A stretch of DNA of 64,000 bases from Eledone cirrhosa (GCA_964016885.1 OZ024741.1:69440001-69504000), one strand, 5' to 3'. Shown: positions 40,060 to 53,466, counted from the first letter of the stretch. A program made the numbers and translations. Notes: generated from the letters alone by a model not told the origin.

Positions 40060-41550
40060 TCTCCTCCTCCTCTTCTGTGCCCACTTATTCCCGAGAGGGT
40101 CAAGTGGTCAAAGTCATCAAACACTCCTTCCAGTGGGTCCTGTCAGAAGCAACCAGCTCCAACTGATTTGACTGGATCCTCAAGCAAGACCAGTCAAGTT
40201 CATCGATTTTATCCAACCATCTTGATTGAAGTCTACCTCTGGGTCTCCTGATACATTCTAACTATATGCCTGTAGTATCGGAGTTGTGATCTCTTATTTT
40301 TGAAAAGTAGCAGCTCTATCTGGAGTGACTCCCTGATCTCCGAGTAACGTTACTCCAAAAGCCCTTTGGAGGAATCCCATTTTGGTTGCTTGTATTTGTA
40401 ATCGTATTCTTTCAGTCATTACTCAAGATTCATGACCATAGATAAGGGTTGACATGAATACTGAATTGAAGATAGTGAGTTTAGCTTTTACACCTAATTC
40501 CCTTCTGATTACCGAATGTTGAAGCTGACACATTATTGCACCAGCTCCTGCAATTCTTGCACATAATTCAGCCTCCTGCCTTCCATCACTTGTAAACACA
40601 AGACCGAGATACTCTTCACCTGCTTCAGAGGAACGCCATTCAGATGTATGTGAATTTTTGAGACAGAATATGATGGGGCTCAGCTAACACCCAAAGATAA
40701 GGCCTTCATTTCAGCTCTCCAATCCTCTTGAAAGCCATACATGAGAACCTGGAAACCAAGTATGCTGACCTGATGAGAATGACCGAGGGACTGCACCTCA
40801 GTGATATGCATCCAGTGCTCTTCCTTTTGAAGAACTATTTTGCCCTCCTCAAACTCATGTTTACGCTCCATATTGTGCCTTGTTACCTTTACATGGGACC
40901 GCCTCACAGAATTTGATGTTGCCATCTGATACAGTGCTAAACTCATCTGCACTATCAGTTTTGACAGCGCTAGCTGGCAACAGGCGAGCCTCTTCGTAAA
41001 ATTTGGTGGCCACAGGCTCCAAGCCACTTCAATTCTAGGACTGCTGGCCTACTTATCCTCATTCTTCTCCAACCACACCCTCATCAGCAAGATCCTCCAC
41101 AAGACTGCAGATCCAGACATTTCCTGCAAACTGGAGTCGACTATTGGAAAGATGAAGGCCTCCCTCTCCCCCCAGTTTGCAGATACCCAATGGAACTAGG
41201 GTAACATTAAGTGCAGCTCAACCTTCAGGTGGTTCAAGCTTTTCTTGAACCAATGGCATCTCACGTGCCTCAGTTCCCCCTCAATGCCAAACAGCAGTGT
41301 GTGACTCAATTCAGTGCCCTCTTCATCAATTGGTACCCTTCTTAATGATGAATGCATTCACATTGGAATGGCCCAGAACCTCAGATACCATTATGGAACT
41401 GTTGTTGTCAAGCTTACTATCCTGCCACCATAATGCAGTGTGGTTCCCCCAACACGCAGTTCTGAATGACATAATCTGAAGGAGTCTTTACGTGGCTGAC
41501 TTCCCATCATAACTGGAGCCAGATCTTCAAATCTAGCACTCTTAGTAGTC
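40060..41550 (-). mobile_element. Degenerate RTE-clade (Expander/Rex3-like) LINE, probably internally deleted
   Basis: Minus strand ~40380-40640 reads YLGLVFTSDGRQEAELCARIAGAGAIMCQLQHSVIRRELGVKAKLTIFNSVFMSTLIYGHES*VMTERIR; many stops; (CTT/CTC)n tail at ~40055. The right-hand boundary is approximate. Confidence 0.75.
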
Positions 41551-41592
41551 CATGAGAGAAGTAGAACTCAATATTGATAATAGAGGGTATAT

Positions 41593-41762
41593 AATTTTAT
41601 TAATTCAATTTCTTGTAACATAGCCACTATGTTTCAGGAAATCAAGCTGGTTTTTCTCTGAGCTTTATCAGAGGAGGTTTCTTCTGAAGAAGCTCAACAA
41701 ACACAGCTCGCTTTGCTGAAACATTGTGGCTATGTTTTAAAAAAACTAAATGAATTAAATTT
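41593..41762. other. ~170-bp imperfect palindrome made of two degenerate hammerhead-like halves
   Basis: aacatagccactatgtttcag...gagctttatcagagga versus ttcttctgaagaagctc...ctgaaacattgtggctatgtt. Confidence 0.7.
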
Positions 41763-41781
41763 ACACACACACGCGCGCGTG

Positions 41782-41867
<86 letters not shown>

Positions 41868-41868
41868 A

Positions 41869-42073
41869 AGGCACATGGCTGAGTGGTAAGAGAATTGGAT
41901 TCACAATCTTGAGGTTGTGTGTTCGATTCCTGAACCGAGTGATGTGTTATGTCCTTGAGCAAGACACTTTATTTCACATTGCTTCTTTTACCTTGAGTTG
42001 CGACTAATAGATAGTATTGGAAAGACCAATGGAAACATTGTTTCCTCGGTCCGATTTGATGAAAGTCGATTGA
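41869..42073 (+). mobile_element. tRNA-derived SINE (family C head) with a structured 3' segment
   Basis: A box tggctgagtgg, B box gttcgattcc, then tgtccttgagcaagacactttatttcac. Confidence 0.8.
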
Positions 42074-42109
42074 CTGTCAATATATACATATATATATACA
42101 CACACACAT

Positions 42110-42146
<37 letters not shown>

Positions 42147-42611
42147 CACACACAAAGACACCACACACACATGACTGTCATACACACATAGAAATACATA
42201 AAGTTTATATATATATATACATATATACTATGAAGTGTGTGTGAGAGAGAGTGTGTGGTTGTGTGTGTGTGCATTTACACGTGTGTGTGTATAAACCTCT
42301 ACACATATATCAAACTATTTGTCTGAATGTTCTAAAGTAACAAAACTAAAAGATAATTGAAGAACCAAAATGAAATGGAAGATAGATAATAAAAGCAAAT
42401 TCAATAAGAAATGTAGAGATATATTAACTAGATTAGATATTCTCTTAGAATTATTTCATTCAATTATTTCTGTTGTGAAATGGTTTCAATAATTTTAGTT
42501 TAATTTTAATAGAAAACCTACAAAATACTGACTAAAATTTGTTATGTGTGAGAGAGAGGGAGGAGAGGAAGAGAGAGAGAGAGGGAAGGGTAGAGAAAAA
42601 GAAAGGGGGTG

Positions 42612-42665
<54 letters not shown>

Positions 42666-44691
42666 CATCAGCCACAAGGTAGGGTTTGTGTTGTGAATTC
42701 AAAGCAATACTTGATTTGTTGAGTTTCTGAGTCATACTATTAAGTAGTTAAGTAAGCCATCCATTAGCAGTTTGTACTGTGTAAGTCTTGTCAGTTCTGA
42801 TCATGGCTGGCTCAGAAGAGGCTTAAGGCAAACCATTAACAAGAACTTATATTAACATCCACAACACCATCAGCAATATCAACAGCAGTTTTAAAATGTC
42901 AGAATTAACATTCACGCTCAAATAATGTGTGGAAGAAGAGACTTTAAAACCAAATTATAAAATCTTATAGATTTATGCTGATTGATACTCAAAAAGAAGG
43001 AATTAATCAACAAGATCGCAGACCTCATTTGGTTACCAAGTAGGGTGGAACTTGTTAAATTAGACCAAGGAAACAATGTTTACATTGGTTTTTCCATTGC
43101 TGATACTATCTACTGGTCAGAAGGAGCAATGTGAAATATTATGTCTTGCTCAAGAACATAAAGTATCGCCTAGTCTGGGAATTGAACTTGAAACCTCACA
43201 AATACAAATCTAATTCTCTAACCACTAAGCCACACACATTCATAGTTGGTACTCTATCAGAAAATATTGCCATAATTCTGGCAATTTCATTCCTATCTAT
43301 CTCTCCTTCACATACAATTGACATAAAAATTTTAAACTAAGCATCAATCCCCAAGAACTAGCCCTTAATTAACCATGTACTTAGGGTCTCAAGTAAAGAG
43401 AGGCCTCAGAACAATCAAGAGGCATATGTTTTCATTTTTTGAAAAGACTTTTTGGCATGATATTTTTAATGAGAAACCTCCAAGCTTTATATAGGTTAGG
43501 GCCTCACTAAGTTAATCCAGCATTGGTAAGATCAACTAAGTGGCTCTATCTTTTAGAAAACCATATAAGAATTCATCATCATCATCATCCTATGCTATTA
43601 TGGGTTAGACAAGTTGTCCCATTTGAGACAAGTCAGATCAGATGATCTTGTCTTGCTCATACAGAACTGTTTTGGGCTTGGTTTCAACAGTTAGATGCCC
43701 TTCCTAATGCCTACCACATTTAGAGTGTGGAATGTGTACCTTTTATCGTGGCACTGGAACGGCCTGGAAAGGGCTGGATTAAGTGTTTCTGAGACTCTAT
43801 GTGCTTAAAAGATTAATGTCATAATTAATGGGTAATACACGCCTGGCTTCTACTGCCCTTTATACATCCCTCATATGAAGTAGACTTGGAGACAAGTAAA
43901 TCAACAGTGTTGATACACATAATGGGAAGTTTTTTGCATTAATCTTCTAATAACATCATATTCTGTCTCACATATTCACATACATGTTCTTTAGAAACCT
44001 ACATAATACAAGATACAAGCTATTGATATACAGAGAGAAGAGAGAGACTAACAAAAATATAAGTCCATATATAAAACTATATAGACACCACAAATTCACA
44101 CACGGTAGTACTCGCATATCCTTTTATTTGATGAGTGATATGGATTTCATATGTGTGTGTGTGTGTGCGCGTGCGTAGTAATGTAGAAGTTTATTAACAT
44201 ATATATTAACAATAAAAATCATAAAGTCTCAACTGAGAAAGAACACAATCCATACTGTAGAATTTCAGGATTATTTTTAGATTATTTTAAAAAAGAGGTG
44301 GCAGTAACTTCAAAGATGCCCGTGAAGGTGCTTGGTTGTTTCAGTGCCTTAGCCTCACCATCACCCACGGTAATGCTGCAAGTGTGGCTTGCCTCAAAAA
44401 TTTCCAATGACACTTGTGTTGTATGTCCAATTGATGTACTTAGTGATGAATTGATATTTTTTGTTCTTTCTCACTTAGATTATACATTTTTGTGTATTAT
44501 ATTTATAAGGTTCCTAGCAATAATTAATTGATTATATCTATGTACTTCTACTTAATCTTATATAATAAAGTTTATTCTTATAGACAAGAACAAAAATTTC
44601 ATTTTGATTACACTTCAAAGATCTGCCTGAAAAGGTTTCTCAAACTGGCATCACAAAATCATTTATATGTATACACACACACACACACACA

Positions 44692-44976
44692 CATAGGTGT
44701 AACTAGGGTATGGCAAGCATGGCTCGAGCCATGGACAACACTTGTAAATGAGGCACCACTTGAACCAGGAGCACTTTCTATTAAAGACAGATAAGCTATT
44801 GTCGGAGACTGAGATGTATGATCTGCCTTTGACTATCATGGGTGAGAAGTACTATGGTGGCTGGATCACTGAACTATTTATATGAATTATTAGGTCCACA
44901 GTTAAAAATACAGTTCTGGGCAAGGGTGCAATTTCACTGCTTGCCATAGGCGCTATTTTCCCTAGTTACACCTCTA
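44692..44976. mobile_element. hAT-type MITE
   Basis: Perfect 14-bp inverted repeat aggtgtaactaggg / ccctagttacacct, inserted in (CA)n. The superfamily assignment is an inference. Confidence 0.65.
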
Positions 44977-45326
44977 CACACATGCTGTTAATAGTATACA
45001 CAACAGACATAACTGAATAAATTTTCTGCAGAAATTGTTGCTTACAACCCAAAGACTTTCTAATCATGAAACATTGCTAAATATATTTTGGCTTATCTCA
45101 TTTTTTCCATGTGGGCTTCAGTTTGCCATACATACATATATTTATATTTGTGTTATATGTATAGACACATACACATGTGTATATAAATCCACATAGATTT
45201 ACAGATACTAACATTCATATGTGTATACATATATATACATACATACATGCTCGTGTTTATATAAACATATGCTTATAAACGTGCAATGGTATAGAAACAG
45301 TCTTATATATCTCTGTGTGTGTATAT

Positions 45327-45395
<69 letters not shown>

Positions 45396-45401
<6 letters not shown>

Positions 45402-45502
45402 GGGTGTCCCAAAAAATGTATACACACTTCAACAGCATTCTAATAAATATTGCCTGTACAGGTAATCAAAGTGTGTAAACATTTTTTAGGACACCCTGTA
45501 TA
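45396..45502. mobile_element. ~100-bp Tc1/mariner-type MITE
   Basis: TA-flanked TIR cagggtgtcccaaaaaatgtatacacac / gtgtgtaaacattttttaggacaccctg; second copy at 52958-53064. Confidence 0.85.
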
Positions 45503-45546
45503 TATGTATATATGTGTGTGTGTGTATGTGTGCATATATATATATG

Positions 45547-45609
<63 letters not shown>

Positions 45610-46416
45610 ATATATGCCCTCTTAGATAACCATTGCCTTTGGCAGTGCCAGAAATAATTTAGCAACCAAACTGTCAGGTGAAATAACTTATGCCAGCTTT
45701 AATGAACACCTTGGCAGGAGTCAGTCCCACAAGTCATGTATTTTCTGATATTTTAGGAGGGGGGAGGGGGTACTAGTAAGAACAGTTTGGAAAAATATAT
45801 AGCTGGAAATGAAAGGTATGTTAAAATATGATGGTAGTTGTGGTGATAGTGGTGGTGGTGGTGGTCATGGCAGTGGCAGCAGAAGTGATGGTAGCAGTGG
45901 GGGTGTGAGCGGCGGTGATGATGGTGGTGGTAGTGGCTGTTGAAGGAGCAGTGGTGGTGATGGTATCAGTGGCAGAACAGTGGTGGTGGTAGTGTTGGAT
46001 GTGGTGGTGGTGGTGGTGGTTGTGATGGTAGTGTTGGATGTGGTGGTGGTGAGCATTGCCGGCAGGTAGTAATAAGTAAAAATGATTTTAAATGATTGAG
46101 AGAAATCCTAAATATGAATCTATATAAGGACGTGTGTGTGTGTGTATGTGTTAGATACAGGCATAGTCAAGAGGTTGTGTATGTGTTAGATTCAGGCATG
46201 GCTGCGAGGTTGTGTGTGGCTGTTTAAAGGTGTTTATGTTCATCTGAATATGTGATTGCATGTTTTAATGTGTGTATGTTCGTCTGAGTATGTAGGTAGG
46301 AAGAGTGTATGAGCTATGTATATGTTGATGTGTATGTGTATATCTAGAGTGACTTTGCATCTTGTGTATGCATGTATCTATTTTTGGCTAATTTTTAATT
46401 TGACCCTTTTAATACT

Positions 46417-46644
46417 AAACCCTTTAGCATTTACATTACTCTTTATTTACTATTATAGTTTCTTGGTAAAGGTTCTACCTCACATAATTATCTCACATAA
46501 TATCGAAGCTACGAGATTTTGATATTATTTATTTTGAGAACAATACCTTAACATTGGTATGAGCAACTGGTTATAGCTGGTTTGAACATAAAGAGGTGAG
46601 ATAATTCTGGCCGGATATGGTTGGTTTAAATGCTAAAGGGTTAA
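46417..46644. mobile_element. piggyBac-type MITE
   Basis: TIR ccctttagcattta / taaatgctaaaggg followed by ttaa. Confidence 0.75.
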
Positions 46645-48310
46645 ACTAAGCTGTTTATTTTAAAGTGTTTATATTTATCTAAAATCCTTCATTAGAATTT
46701 TAAATAAAGACATTTATGTTTGAAACACCAACTTAAAAACAAGGAGGTTATTTTACTAAATTTTGCAAATTATTGATTATTTTCAAAATTATTTGAAAAT
46801 CAAAGACATTGTCTTTCATTAGAAACATGGTAATGAAAGGGGTTAATATAGTTCAAAATGTGTATTGTTGTTTAGCAGTAGATCATCTCTGATTAAACAA
46901 TCATCATCAACAGCAGTTTTCCCTTGAAAATTACTATGACCCTATATTGATATTTTTGTATATCTGAGACTACATTGCCCACTGCAACATTCTTTTCTAA
47001 AACAGTAGGGAGACCCGGCTACTTTTTCTGCCTAGTCGAGCAACCACATAGAGGGAGGCTCAATGAGCATATAATAGGTGCCGTGCTCTATTTTTGCAAG
47101 CAGTATTCTAGTGAAAATTGTATTGAATTGGTAGATGTTAGCAACTATATTAGACCACCTACCATTTCTCTTTGAGATGAAAGAATTGAGTGAGAAAATC
47201 TAAAACAATATAACACAGCTTAGAAATGCAGTTCCAATATTGTTTCTTGATATTGGAATCCAATATCGGTTTCTTAATTGAAATTAAATCTACAGAACTC
47301 AAAGTTGTTCAAGCATTATTTCCAGATTAAATATATATATATATACATTTTTTTTCTTTTGTTTTTAAGGAATTTTTCTTTTTTTTTTAGCAATTCAATC
47401 GACCACTTTGTTAGTTTGATAACCTACACTTCTGTTGTTTAAGATTTCTGCACAACTGATGTTCTTAAGAGAAGCATTAATATCACAACTTCATATTTGT
47501 ATAAGTAATACTTCATATTGGCAGTCATTAGGACATTGGAGAGAATGCTTTGCAGCATTCATGACAGCTCCCTGCGCTCTGAGTTTAAAACCCACCAAGG
47601 TCAACTTTGCCTGTCATCCTTTCAGGTACCAGTTCAGTACTGGAATCAAGTCTTCTTCTATATCTCTTTCTCACTTCTTCTCTATTACTATTTTTTTTTT
47701 CTCTGTCTGGAAAAAGTAGCTGTGTTCAGATATGGAGAAGGATGGGCTCTATCATGTTTAAAATGTCCAGTGTATGTCACAACAATGTCCCTTTATACTC
47801 CCTTAGGATTTACAGTCCCATCTGATATGAATACTTCATGTATTACTTTGATAGGGGCAGATATGTATAATGAAGGAGAAAGAGGTGCCTTTTGGTCGTG
47901 GCTGACCATGTGTTTGCATTTAGAAAGTTCCTCTCCCATACACAAGCCTGGGCAAGAAGTTTTGTTGGAAGACCAGCAGTCCCTCAAGCATGCCAATTTC
48001 CCTTTCCATGTCACCAATGTTGTTCAGAAGAAAGGTAATGGCTAATACAACTTGGCACTAGTGAAGTTGCAACTCATTCTTTCCAGTTGAGTGAACTGAG
48101 GCAACATGAAATTAGGTGTCTTACTTAAGGATACACCCTGTTGTAGGAGAAAAACCCTGAACACCCCTGCATAACTAAAAGTGGACTAGGCAAAATGTCT
48201 ATAAATAATAACATGAAGTGAACTGTGAGTAGACTGTATACAGACTCTAGTTGGTAGTTCAAAATCACGTCTGGTGAATACTTAATTTTACCTTCGTTTG
48301 TACAGATATA

Positions 48311-49364
48311 CTAAACCAAACTCCTCACAACCTCATGATTGTTAGTTCAACACTGATCACTAAACCAAACTCCTCACAACCTCATGACTGTTAGTTCAAC
48401 ACTGATCACTAAACCAAACTCCTCACAACCTCATGACTGTTAGTTCAACACTGATCACTAAACCAAACTCCTCACAACCTCATGACTGTTAGTTCAACAC
48501 TGATCACTAAACCAAACTCCTCACAACCTCATGACTGTTAGTTCAACACTCTGATCACTAAACCAAACTCCTCACAACCTCATGATTGTTAGTTCAACAC
48601 TGATCACTAAACCAAACTCCTCACAACCTCATGACTGTTAGTTCAACACTGATCACTAAACCAAACTCCTCACAACCTCATGACTGTTAGTTCAACACTG
48701 ATCACTAAACCAAACTCCTCACAACCTCATGACTGTTAGTTCAACACTCTGATCACTAAACCAAACTCCTCACAACCTCATGATTGTTAGTTCAACACTG
48801 ATCACTAAACCAAACTCCTCACAACCTCATGATTGTTAGTTCAACACTGATCACTAAACCAAACTCCTCACAACCTCATGACTGTTAGTTCAACACTGAT
48901 CACTAAACCAAACTCCTCACAACCTCATGACTGTTAGTTCAACACTCTGATCACTAAACCAAACTCCTCACAACCTCATGATTGTTAGTTCAACACTGAT
49001 CACTAAACCAAACTCCTCACAACCTCATGACTGTTAGTTCAACACTCTGATCACTAAACCAAACTCCTCACAACCTCATGACTGTTAGTTCAACACTCTG
49101 ATCACTAAACCAAACTCCTCACAACCTCATGACTGTTAGTTCAACACTGATCACTAAACCAAACTCCTCACAACCTCATGACTGTTAGTTCAACACTGAT
49201 CACTAAACCAAACTCCTCACAACCTCATGACTGTTAGTTCAACACTGATCACTAAACCAAACTCCTCACAACCTCATGACTGTTAGTTCAACACTGATCA
49301 CTAAACCAAACTCCTCACAACCTCATGATTATTAGTTCAACACTGATCACTAAACCAAACTCCT
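48311..49364. repeat. 49/51-bp minisatellite, 21 full copies, probably SINE-head derived
   Basis: Unit ctaaaccaaactcctcacaacctcatgactgttagttcaacact(ct)gatca; 16 x 49 + 5 x 51 bp accounts for the span. Confidence 0.95.
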
Positions 49365-49956
49365 TTGCTAGAGTACAATGAAGAGACATGGTTTTACAGA
49401 AGTTTCAAATTACATGATTTGGTTTTATTTCCACACTGAGGCTAAGTTCTGTTCACACAGCTAGAAATCTCTTTCAGAAACATCACACCTAACATTTATT
49501 TTATCATATATGCCTTTTATTAATTTATTCATTTCCATTTGTTCCTGTTATTCTTTCACTCTATTTTTCTATCTTCTTTCATTCAAAATAATTTTCTATT
49601 TCATTTTATTGTTTTTATATGATTATTATTTTTCTTTAAAATATCCTTCCTTTTCTTCTTTCTTTAGTTCTTTGTTTCCTTTATCTTCTTCATTCATTTT
49701 TTTTCTTTCATTAATATTTTCTAGTTTTACTTTGTATTATTTTATTGAACCTAGAAGGCAGCAATGGCTTATCAATTAAAATCATTAAAACATTGGACAA
49801 AATGCTTTGCAGCATTTAGTTATGGCTCATTGCACTCTGAGTTCAAATCCCTCTAAGGCCAACTTTGCCTTACATCCTTCCTGTGTCGATAAAATATTTT
49901 ACTGGTATGAAAGGCAAAGTTGACCTTTCTCTAAATATTGTTGAGTTAGAGCCAGA

Positions 49957-49987
<31 letters not shown>

Positions 49988-50252
49988 TTTCACGATTTCA
50001 CCAAACTTAAATTCATAGAAATCTGGGACTTGTCTCCTTCTTCCTCACTTTCTGTTGCCTCACCATTTTGTTTGTTTACCCTCACGTCCCCTTTATTTAC
50101 GTGTCCCAACGACTTTTTTTAGCCGTTGCTCGCACCAACCGGAGGTATATGGTCTTTAAAGCGATGAAATGCCTATGATAGTTGGAAGATCACTGATGAA
50201 GGACAAACTTTTTTCATATGTAACCCATTTGCAACTCCGCAGCGCCCTTATT

Positions 50253-50342
<90 letters not shown>

Positions 50343-50650
50343 CTTCTTTAAAAATATACCCATCTTTCTACCTTATTTCAAAGTTATTTATTATATTTAT
50401 TATATTCTACATCACTCCTAATTTCTAACCCCTAATCTGTACCTTTTCTCACTGTGCCTAACATACAAACAATTATTACACAATACACCATATTCTTACT
50501 TCATATCACCTTGAAAAAATCCTTCGTAAACAAACATTTTTTGACGTTAGATTATTCATCCTCTATTCATTATTTTTTTCTCCCTTTCATCTAACTTATT
50601 CATGCTCATCTCACAATATATCCTTACTTACAGTACTTCTGTTTTTTTAA

Positions 50651-50944
50651 TAATACATATCAACATTTTCTTTCCATCGCACATATTATTAAACCCTTAA
50701 ATATTATTCTTAATACATATTAACATTTTCTTTCCATCGCACATATTATTAAACCCTTAAATATTATTCTTAATACATATTAACAATTTCTTTTCATCGC
50801 ACATATTATTAAACCCTTAAATATTATTCTTAATACATATTAACAATTTCTTTCCATCGCACATATTATTAAACCCTTAAATATTATTCTTAATACATAT
50901 TAACAATTTCTTTTCATCGCACATATTATTAAACCCTTCAATAT
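50651..50944. repeat. 60-bp tandem repeat, about 5 copies
   Basis: Units align in register on consecutive 60-nt lines. Confidence 0.95.
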
Positions 50945-51298
50945 ACAAACCTTAACTTTACATTATTTTTCTTTTCGTTAATTTTCAAATTCTTTTAATT
51001 TATACATTATCTTCCAACGGTTTTCAACCTCACTATGTAAAACAATATATTTTTCTCAGTTATAAAAGCTATCTCTCTCTCTCTATCACCCATCTCTCCT
51101 CCTATCTCATCCTTCCTCACTATACTCCTCCCCCTCCACTTTTTACTCTCATCTCCTCCTCTTTTTCATCCTTTCCACCCCCCACCCCCTCAAAATTTTT
51201 TTTCCCAATATCACACATCAATCAAAAACTACTTTTCATATGTTGATTTAAAACTGCACTATCCACAAGTGTTTTTTAACCTTCATATCATGTCCTCC

Positions 51299-51369
51299 TA
51301 TTTTATCTGATGAAAACACAAATGTTATTGCATGATGATATTTGTTTTTGAAATGCGCATAATAAAATA
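51299..51369 (+). ncRNA. Minimal type I hammerhead ribozyme motif
   Basis: tattttat-CTGATGA-stem II (16 positions, 1 mismatch, loop gcat)-GAAA-tgcgca-TA-ataaaata; stem I is a perfect 8 bp. Confidence 0.8.
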
Positions 51370-51399
51370 CATGGAACTCATTTAACCATCTTTTGATCT

Positions 51400-51430
<31 letters not shown>

Positions 51431-52178
51431 GTAAAAAATTGAACGGGAACAAAACAGAGAGGCAGTACGAACAAAGGTTTATTAGTTTCACGCTCTTGAG
51501 AGTGGGGTGGTGGTGGGGAACGACATTTCGGGCATAAGCCCTTCTTCAGGTAAAAAGTGTGTGGGAAGAGAGTTCCAAGGGTGTGTAGGGGAGTGGTGGA
51601 GAGAGATATAGCAAAAAGGGGGTGAGAGGAAATGGTGCAAATGAAATTAAAAATAAAGGCATGATCAAAATAAAATTAAAATGGAGTAAAACAGGTGGTG
51701 GAAGGGTGTGGGGCATGTAGGGGTGGTGGCGGGTGGAGTGGGAAGAGGGAGACGGGGTGTCCGAGCAAGGAGGGCTGAAGGTGGTGTGTGTGTGTAGGTG
51801 TACATGTGTGTGTGTATGTGAAAGCAAGGGTTGGGGGAAGAACGGGGTTGCATGTTCAGGAAGAGGTGTGTGTGGGTTGCGGTGTAGGTCGGAGTGTGTG
51901 TGCGTGTGTGGATAGAGAGGTGGGGGGAGAGGATTCCGGAGGCTGAATGTGTAAATATGTGGTGGTACGCACGTGTGTGTGTGGTGTTTATGCGTGTTGT
52001 GGATGTAGGTGGCGTGTGGGGAAAAAAATGTTTTGGGGTGTATGTCCGGGGGTGAGTCGTAAAGGTAATTCCGTAAAAGGATGTGGTGGAATGCTGAGTA
52101 AAATCCTTGGGATGCGGTAGATTCTCAGGATCAAGGTTCACATATGTGTAATCCGTGAAGAGATTGGTCGGAAGAGGG
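51431..52178 (-). mobile_element. Probable Penelope-like element 3' fragment between (TA)n tracts
   Basis: Minus strand carries ctgaagaagggcttatgcccgaaatgtc followed by aataaa; no recognisable ORF motif. Confidence 0.5.
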
Positions 52179-52599
52179 GAGATATATATATATATTAAAT
52201 GTTTAATAATAAACAAGACACACTACTAAAGGTGTTATTGTTTAGCCCCAGGTCAATCATGATCAAGTAGGCCTATGATCAAAGGCGTTCCAGCTGTGGT
52301 GGTCATCCCATCTGCTTAGAGTTAACTTGGATTTTGTTATCCAATGTGTCCTTTACCCATATTTAAGATGCAGGGAAAAGAGTTTGAAGGAGATTTGGCT
52401 GCTATTTCTCTTCTAGCAGGTCAAGTGACCATGTAGAGTATTGTTGTTGAGTACACATATAAGCATTGGTATAGTCATAGTCAATAAAATGTTTGGTCAA
52501 CAGTGTAGCCAACATGATACTATTATCATAGATATCAACATGTAACTAAAATTTACTACTTGAAATTTGTGAGCCTTCTCCCTACTCATCTTCATGTGC

Positions 52600-52884
52600 C
52601 ACACCATCCAGGCCGAAACAAATGAGATCGTGTAGGTGTCACGACAAAAAAACACACAGTCCACGCTGTAATGTGGCCGTGTAGGCAACACGGTAAAAAC
52701 CTCCCAGACCCACACTGTAAATGTGGTTGGTGTTAGGAAGGGCATCCAACTGTAGAAAACCTGCCAGACAGTCCTATGCGAGCAAGACAATCACTCTTGC
52801 CTCAAGTGGGACTACCCCCGTCCAAACCCATGCAAGCGTGGAACACGGACGTTAAACGTTGATGATGATGATGATGATGATGAT
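52600..52884 (+). mobile_element. Short copy of the RTE 3' UTR
   Basis: Near-identical to 835-1238 but with a single module; (GAT)n tail. Confidence 0.9.
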
Positions 52885-53087
52885 ATATATATATATATAT
52901 GTACATGTATAAACACATATATACATATGTGTGCATATTTGTATGCATATGTATTTATATAGGCTGTCCCCCAAAAATGTATACACACTTCAACAGCATT
53001 CTAATAAATATTGTCTGTACGGGTAATCAAAGTATGTATACATTTTTGGGGGACACCCTGCATATATACACATATATACATATGTGT

Positions 53088-53300
53088 CATCATCATCATC
53101 ATCATTTTACGTCCGCTTTTCCCTGCTTGCAAGGGTGGGACGGGAACTGATTCTGGCCTCATTTCTACAGCTGGATGCCCTTCCTAACACCAACCTCATT
53201 TACAGTGAGTGCTGGGTGCTTTTTTTCCGTGACGCCTCCATGTCCACTTTACAGTGTGGGCTGGGTGCTTTTTTTGAGGTGGCACCTCCACAACCACTTT
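53088..53300 (-). mobile_element. Related RTE-type 3' UTR copy, inverted
   Basis: (cat)n then tttctacagctggatgcccttcctaacaccaacc...atttacagtg. Confidence 0.8.
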
Positions 53301-53417
53301 GCAGTGGAATGATAGAAACCCCAGTCCTATCATCTCATTTCTACAGCTGAGTAAACTGGAGCAATGTGAAATAAAGTGTCTTGCTCAAGGAAACAACACA
53401 TCACCAAGTGTGTGTGT

Positions 53418-53466
<49 letters not shown>

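Noticed and set aside
41869-41945. tRNA gene candidates at SINE heads
   Set aside because: A/B boxes are present but there is no complete cloverleaf, and they continue into SINE bodies.
48139-48304. TG...CA segment with TATAAA resembling a solo LTR
   Set aside because: No target-site duplication and no second copy in the window.
50186-50225. CTGATGAAGG motif
   Set aside because: No downstream GAAA or closing stems.
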